This document shows positions 59,027-64,000 of a DNA stretch of 64,000 nucleotides, one piece after another. The position numbers and the translations under genes are program-made. Source of the DNA: Epithemia pelagica (Eukaryota; Protista; Bacillariophyta). Location of the stretch: positions 5,022,001 to 5,086,000 of the forward strand of contig OX337228.1 in NCBI GenBank assembly GCA_946965045.2. Direction: 5' to 3'. Numbering within the stretch: the stretch's first letter is position 1; every line of letters begins with the position of its first letter. The notes below the pieces were generated by a model that was given only the letters and a program-made list of their open reading frames with translations, had not been told where the DNA came from and did not search any database.

Positions 59027-61973
59027 TCATATATGGAAAGCGGGAGATGCAGCGGAGTCTGTCACTGACCCGAAGGCTTTGCGGTGTGTGTATCTGCGTA
59101 GAAGTTCCAGAACCTGTTCATTGTGTGCACGATCAGAACCGAGCTTCACATCGTAAGCTCCGTCAGGAGTAATGGGATCAATATGTACATTGCCCAACAT
59201 TTCTGGTACATGACGCTTGCCCTCTCCGATCTCCTTGCAAGCGATCATTAGATCGTACGCTATTTCGTCCGACACAACCGAATCTTTCTTATAATCTGGA
59301 TGAGATTGGACGAAGTTTCTCATCCACGTGGCAGGGGTGACAAGCTCTCCCGAAGCTCTCTTTTCAATAAATTCCAAGTATGTTGTCAACCTTGCTAGTG
59401 TGGCCTTGTCGCAATGTATGTAGTCCAAATAGGCAAAGATAAGAGGGATAAGACCAGGAAAGTAATCGCCTTTTCCGCCCATAATTTCTGCCATGGTCAT
59501 TTCTTCGAAGGAATTTTCTTCTTCGCTCCCTGTGGCATATGGAGCAGTAAGTCGTTGCATGCTGGTTCCATCCACCTCCTCGTCAAGCTTTTCCAAATTG
59601 GATGCGCTACTGCTATTTGATAAGCCACTGCTCCCGTTGGCACCGCGAGCAAACATAGACACATACTTCACTCCATAACCCACATCTCCAACTTCGAGAG
59701 GGGCCATGTGTCGTCGGAAGAAAAATTTTCCGCGATGGGCTGAATTTCGACTGTGAGCTCGTTGCATGTTGGCATCAACCCGACTCATGGGAATGTAGAG
59801 ATTCAGATCGAAAGTCAAAATTACACGAGTGAGCAAGACGATGAATACGGTAAAGGCAGCATTTTCGAAATCCGTCAACTGAATTTCCATGCTACGAAAT
59901 TCTGTCCGCCATCCAATGTGCGGATCATTGGGATCGTTGCGTGGCGGTGGGGGCTTCCAGCGAACCGTTTGCCAGTTGGTTGATTGGATCGATTCCCAGT
60001 GCTCTGTTTGCGTTTCATCATCAACTTCTTCCACTGCACCATCAAAGATAACCAATGGATCTCTAATGAAGAGATGAGCCACGTGTTGTGCCAAAGCCGG
60101 ATCAATACCTGCTTCGCGACATTGTTTGAACACTTCTTCGTCGAAGGGCACGATGAGATCATTGTATCGATTCAACAGTCGATCCGACAGCTTGTTTGGT
60201 TTTGGAGAGAGCGAGTCGTCATTTGGAGCCACTGCACCCTGATAAATGTAAGTACTAATACTGTCATAGCGACTCTTGTAAAGTCGTCGTCTTCCTTCGG
60301 CGTTGTAATCGGGGTAGGGCGCGTTGCTGTCTTTGCGCCCACGCTCTGCGGGTGTGCGGCAGTCCACTGACTCGCTAATAATTCCCCATCGAGCATCTGT
60401 ATCAGCAAGCCGACCCCGCAAGATGGGAGTGGAAGCCGTCAGAGCCAACATGATCGGTGCCATCACCGCCAGCTGATCATACATGAAACGGGATTCATCC
60501 ATATCCTTCGCCTGAAATGTAACCTGCAAACAGCAGCAACCCATACCGAAGGCCATTGCATCCATGTGAATAGCCGCACGCAAATTGTCGGCACCAGAAG
60601 ACGGTTCGGAGGCCACCGACATATCTCGATTTGCTCCATTTGCTTGTGTCTGCTCGTCCACAGCCGCACCGTTGGTCGCACCATTCGCACCGTTGACAGC
60701 CTTTTCTTCTTGGTGCTTCACATCTGTGCTGAGAAGAGATGATAGCGTTTTCTTGTCCCCTGAAACTGGATCACCAGAGCGGAAAAGAGGAGTGTTACTC
60801 CCCATTCGCTTGGATTCCGTATTTGATGTAACAGCCCGCGACGAGACTTTACGCAAAAACGGAATCTCGTTGCCATCATCACTGTAAATGGGCAAGTAGT
60901 ATCCATTCTGAAGGCGAACCCAGCCTGGCTGACGATCCAGCTCGTAGCCAACCACAATGTCTCCATTTCGAGGCCAGTCGGCATCGGCAACGATTACACC
61001 TGGAACGCGTCGATAAAACAAGCCGTCGCACCCTGCCCATTGAACGTCTACCAACCATTTCTGGAGCTCACTGTGGTTGTGGTCATCAAACTCTTCGTCA
61101 AGACTAGACTTGGAGCATCCAACCATGACATGATCGTTACCATATGTTTCGGCGCAATAATCTCCTTTGCCATACCTCCACAACTGCTGCGAATCGCTTC
61201 CACAGCATCCATCTGCAACGCCATGTGCCGGTTGAAAATTAACATACTCCGGTGTATTGACATCCCGATAGAGAGGAACACGAATGTTGACTTTACTTCC
61301 TCTTCGCTGGCGAATGTTGGTCGTTAAGGTACCGAATCTTGGATGCGGGTTGATGATATCATCGCTAATATAGTCAGATTGTGTCTTGGGACCCCCGACT
61401 TTGGTCGGCGGAACGGATCCATCATCGCCTTGGGCTCCCAGCATGGGAAAAGTGCTGACAGTCGGCGCAATTTCGTCGTCGTCCAACACGGTCAACATTC
61501 GACGTCTTCGCATGCGCATGGAGCGTTCCACCCGGAGCAAATCGGCCGTATAGCCCGTGTAGGGACGGGCAGGAGTGGCTTCGCACATCCAGGCACCGTA
61601 TTCAGGAACAAAGGCGACTTCATTCTCACTGGTATACATGGATTCTTGACGATTCAACTCCGTCATAACGTCCAATCCACGCAAACTAAGACGAACCTTT
61701 TTGTTGGCATGATCAGCTTTGAATATACCGTACTCGATTTCATCGCCCCATAACAGCTCATTTCCTCTCAAATCCTTGACTCTATTGTACGTGGAGATGA
61801 ACTGCCGAACGCCAGCTTGACGAACATACTGAAGATTCGGTTTCGATTTTTCCCACGTCTTGGGAACGCCCACCTTCAAAAGGCCTAGCCGACAAAAGAT
61901 ATCGAAATGGATTGTGAGAACATGTTTTCCTCAAACAGCTTCATGATGAAACAAAGGAATAAAACATACCCAT
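59027..61973 (-). CDS. GCLC: Glutamate-cysteine ligase catalytic subunit, animal/fungal type, with large insertion (~953 aa)
   Basis: A 4-nt first exon (ATGG, 61973-61970), intron 61969-61885 and exon 61884-59027 restore MGLLKVG. Motifs WGDEIEY, PEYGAWMCEATP, MDAMAFGMGCCCLQVTFQA, IGWRTEFRSME. Confidence 0.96.
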
Positions 61974-62561
61974 TGTCAAAGTGAGTGCAGAGCTTTGTGA
62001 AAGGCAAAGAAAGAGCAAAAAGACACGAACGGTCGTGCAATGTTTTACGGACACTCCAAAATGTGAAGATGTGGTCCAACCAGTCGTTGTTGGCATGAGC
62101 TTGTGTTGGCGTCTTGTAGAGCTCGTCAGTAGTTGCTGCTATACGAGAAACCAGCCGACCCACCAAGTCGGTCCAAGAAGGAAACGGCAACGATACGAAC
62201 TAAAGAGAATCAATGAGTACCGTCGTGATCCTATGGATCATACAACGTATCATAAAGCGACGAAAAGGGCACTCAGGAAATATGAACAAGATCGAAGGAA
62301 TCCGAGCAGCCTTCTATATAGCGTACATGAGTACGTGTTCTGCAACGAAAAGTGCGTTTTGGTTTTTTGTTTTGGGGGCCGGATCTTTTTCCCGTTAGGC
62401 GTCGGTCACACCGATTCCCGTTCCTGATTCCTGACTACCGACTACCGACTCCCATTTTCACTGGCGGCAGAGATTGCGCCCATGATCCTTGATACCGCGA
62501 CTTTGCCATTGAAGATTGAAGGAGCGATTCTCTCCTACCCACATCTTCAAAGACTTTGACC

Positions 62562-64000
62562 ATGAAATTGTTGGATGTTCGCTTGCGTCCCTCGTCAGGG
62601 GTGATACAATCATGTTTGGGATCCTTCTCGGCTCCTGGAAAAGAGGAGATTCTTCTCATCAAACCTGGAGGAACGATCGAGCTTCATGCCATCCTCACGA
62701 CCGTGTCCAACAACAACGCCGAGGAAGAGGAGGATGAGGAGGGTCCCCGTACCTATTTGAAACTCGTCACGCGAACAGAAACAAGAAGTATCTTACGGTC
62801 CTGTTCGGTCTTTCGATTTCAAGGCGAGCAACGTGACGTTGTTGTGGTAGGATGTGACAGTGGTGCCGTTTCGGTATTGGAATTCAAAGATGGTGTCTCG
62901 GCTGTTCTGCACTGCACCGAGTTTGGCAAAACCGGATGCCGAAGAGCCACGCCAGGACAATATGTGGCGAGTGATCCCAAAGGTCGTGCCATTATGATTG
63001 CTGCCGTCGAAAAACGAAAGCTAGTTTACGTTCTTAATCGAGATGCGACCGGAAAACCGACAATTGCCAGTCCGTTGGAAGCCAATCGGGGTCGGGCCAT
63101 TACACTCACAACAGCGGGAATTGACAATGGCTTTGATAATCCAATCTTTGCCTCCTTAGAAATACAGTACGATGACGAACATGAAGATTCAACACGTCCT
63201 TCTGCCAACGATGATGCACCTGAAACACAATTGGCCTACTACGAACTCGATCTCGGTTTGAATCACGTGAGTCGAAGATGGGCTAGCACCACGTTGAGGG
63301 GAGCCTGCTGTCTTGCGGCCGTGCCGGGGGTGGCAGATGGAGGTCCCGGCGGAGTCCTTGTGGGAAGTGAGGACTGGCTCGAGTATCTCCATGATACTAT
63401 GGACATGGATACCATGCATGGAGGAATTGCTGGTAGAATTTGCTGTGCACTCCCGCGCCGACGATTGCACCCCAAAGAACGCTCCATCTTGATCACCAAC
63501 GTTACGGTACATCGACAGAAAAAGTCGCGCTTCTTTGCCCTGGCTCAAACCGAACTGGGCGATCTGTACAAGATTACTGTGCAACTCGATCCTGCAGCCG
63601 AAAGTCCAACCGTACTCGGTCTGGAAGCAGCACTTTTGGATACTCTCCCTCCCGTCTGTTCCATGAATGTGAGCAAGATGGGCTACCTGTTTGCGGCAGC
63701 CGAAACAGCCGATCATCACTTGTACCAGTTTTTGCGCTTTGATTTGCCCGATGCACCGACCTGTACCTCCAAGGACTGCAAAGAAGAACTGGGGAAACTG
63801 GACAATGGCGATTCGTCCTTGACGTCTCTTCGAACGGTGGCGTCCAAAGTTGCACCCACCTTTGATCCCACGGATCTGAAAAACTTGCGAACGGTTCACC
63901 GACTGGATAACTTTTCCCCATCCACCGGTGTCATGATTGGAGAGTTGGCGGGAGACGAAGTTAGTCCCCAAATCTATCTCATGTCAGGACGCGGACCAAC
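62562..64000 (+). CDS. SF3B3: Splicing factor 3B subunit 3 (SAP130/Rse1), 5' part; absent from the ORF track because it has no stop in the window
   Basis: My translation from ATG 62562 includes FGKTGCRRATPGQYVASDPKGRAIMIAAVEKRKLVYVLNRD...SPLEAN and ends PQIYLMSGRGP at the window edge. Confidence 0.95.
   Translation, partial: MKLLDVRLRPSSGVIQSCLGSFSAPGKEEILLIKPGGTIELHAILTTVSNNNAEEEEDEEGPRTYLKLVTRTETRSILRSCSVFRFQGEQRDVVVVGCDSGAVSVLEFKDGVSAVLHCTEFGKTGCRRATPGQYVASDPKGRAIMIAAVEKRKLVYVLNRDATGKPTIASPLEANRGRAITLTTAGIDNGFDNPIFASLEIQYDDEHEDSTRPSANDDAPETQLAYYELDLGLNHVSRRWASTTLRGACCLAAVPGVADGGPGGVLVGSEDWLEYLHDTMDMDTMHGGIAGRICCALPRRRLHPKERSILITNVTVHRQKKSRFFALAQTELGDLYKITVQLDPAAESPTVLGLEAALLDTLPPVCSMNVSKMGYLFAAAETADHHLYQFLRFDLPDAPTCTSKDCKEELGKLDNGDSSLTSLRTVASKVAPTFDPTDLKNLRTVHRLDNFSPSTGVMIGELAGDEVSPQIYLMSGRGP

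Noticed and set aside
61981-62427. 148-aa ORF between GCL and SF3B3
   Set aside because: Non-ATG start, no motif, and it sits in a 588-bp divergent promoter.
63189-63971. 260-aa minus-strand ORF
   Set aside because: Antisense shadow of the SF3B3 coding sequence.
1-64000. tRNA, rRNA or prokaryotic operon-like features
   Set aside because: No cloverleaf with A/B boxes or rRNA-like stretch was recognised by eye; the genes have spliceosomal introns and eukaryotic organisation.

Overview
Gene-dense eukaryotic DNA with 23 protein-coding genes and 9 kb or so of intergenic sequence. It looks like a pennate diatom: short GT-AG introns of 64-139 bp, two fucoxanthin-chlorophyll binding protein genes, AF-type bipartite plastid leaders, and DUF6824- and HSF-type proteins. 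I rebuilt the spliced gene models by hand, because the ORF track breaks them at introns. Recognisable housekeeping genes are SPT5, AP-4 beta, PKR1, UBA3, FBPase, PUS3, glutamate-cysteine ligase and SF3B3. The most unusual items: (1) a ~4509-aa protein joining SH3, a SecA-like SF2 ATPase core (DUF3638/DUF3645 type), EF-hands and Vps62-like repeats; (2) two protein-only RNase P paralogues tail-to-tail with stop codons 1 bp apart, one apparently mitochondrial and one plastid-targeted, in a window with several other tRNA-maturation genes; (3) two ~99% identical, oppositely oriented copies of an ~887-bp TIR element, both in divergent promoters; (4) a 317-bp tandem duplication packed with TGTAYCC motifs and hairpins; (5) a bacterial-type PTPS/QueD-fold gene, a putative triple-OB-fold protein, and a GCL with a ~220-aa insertion. 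All family assignments come from motif recognition by eye; no searches were run.
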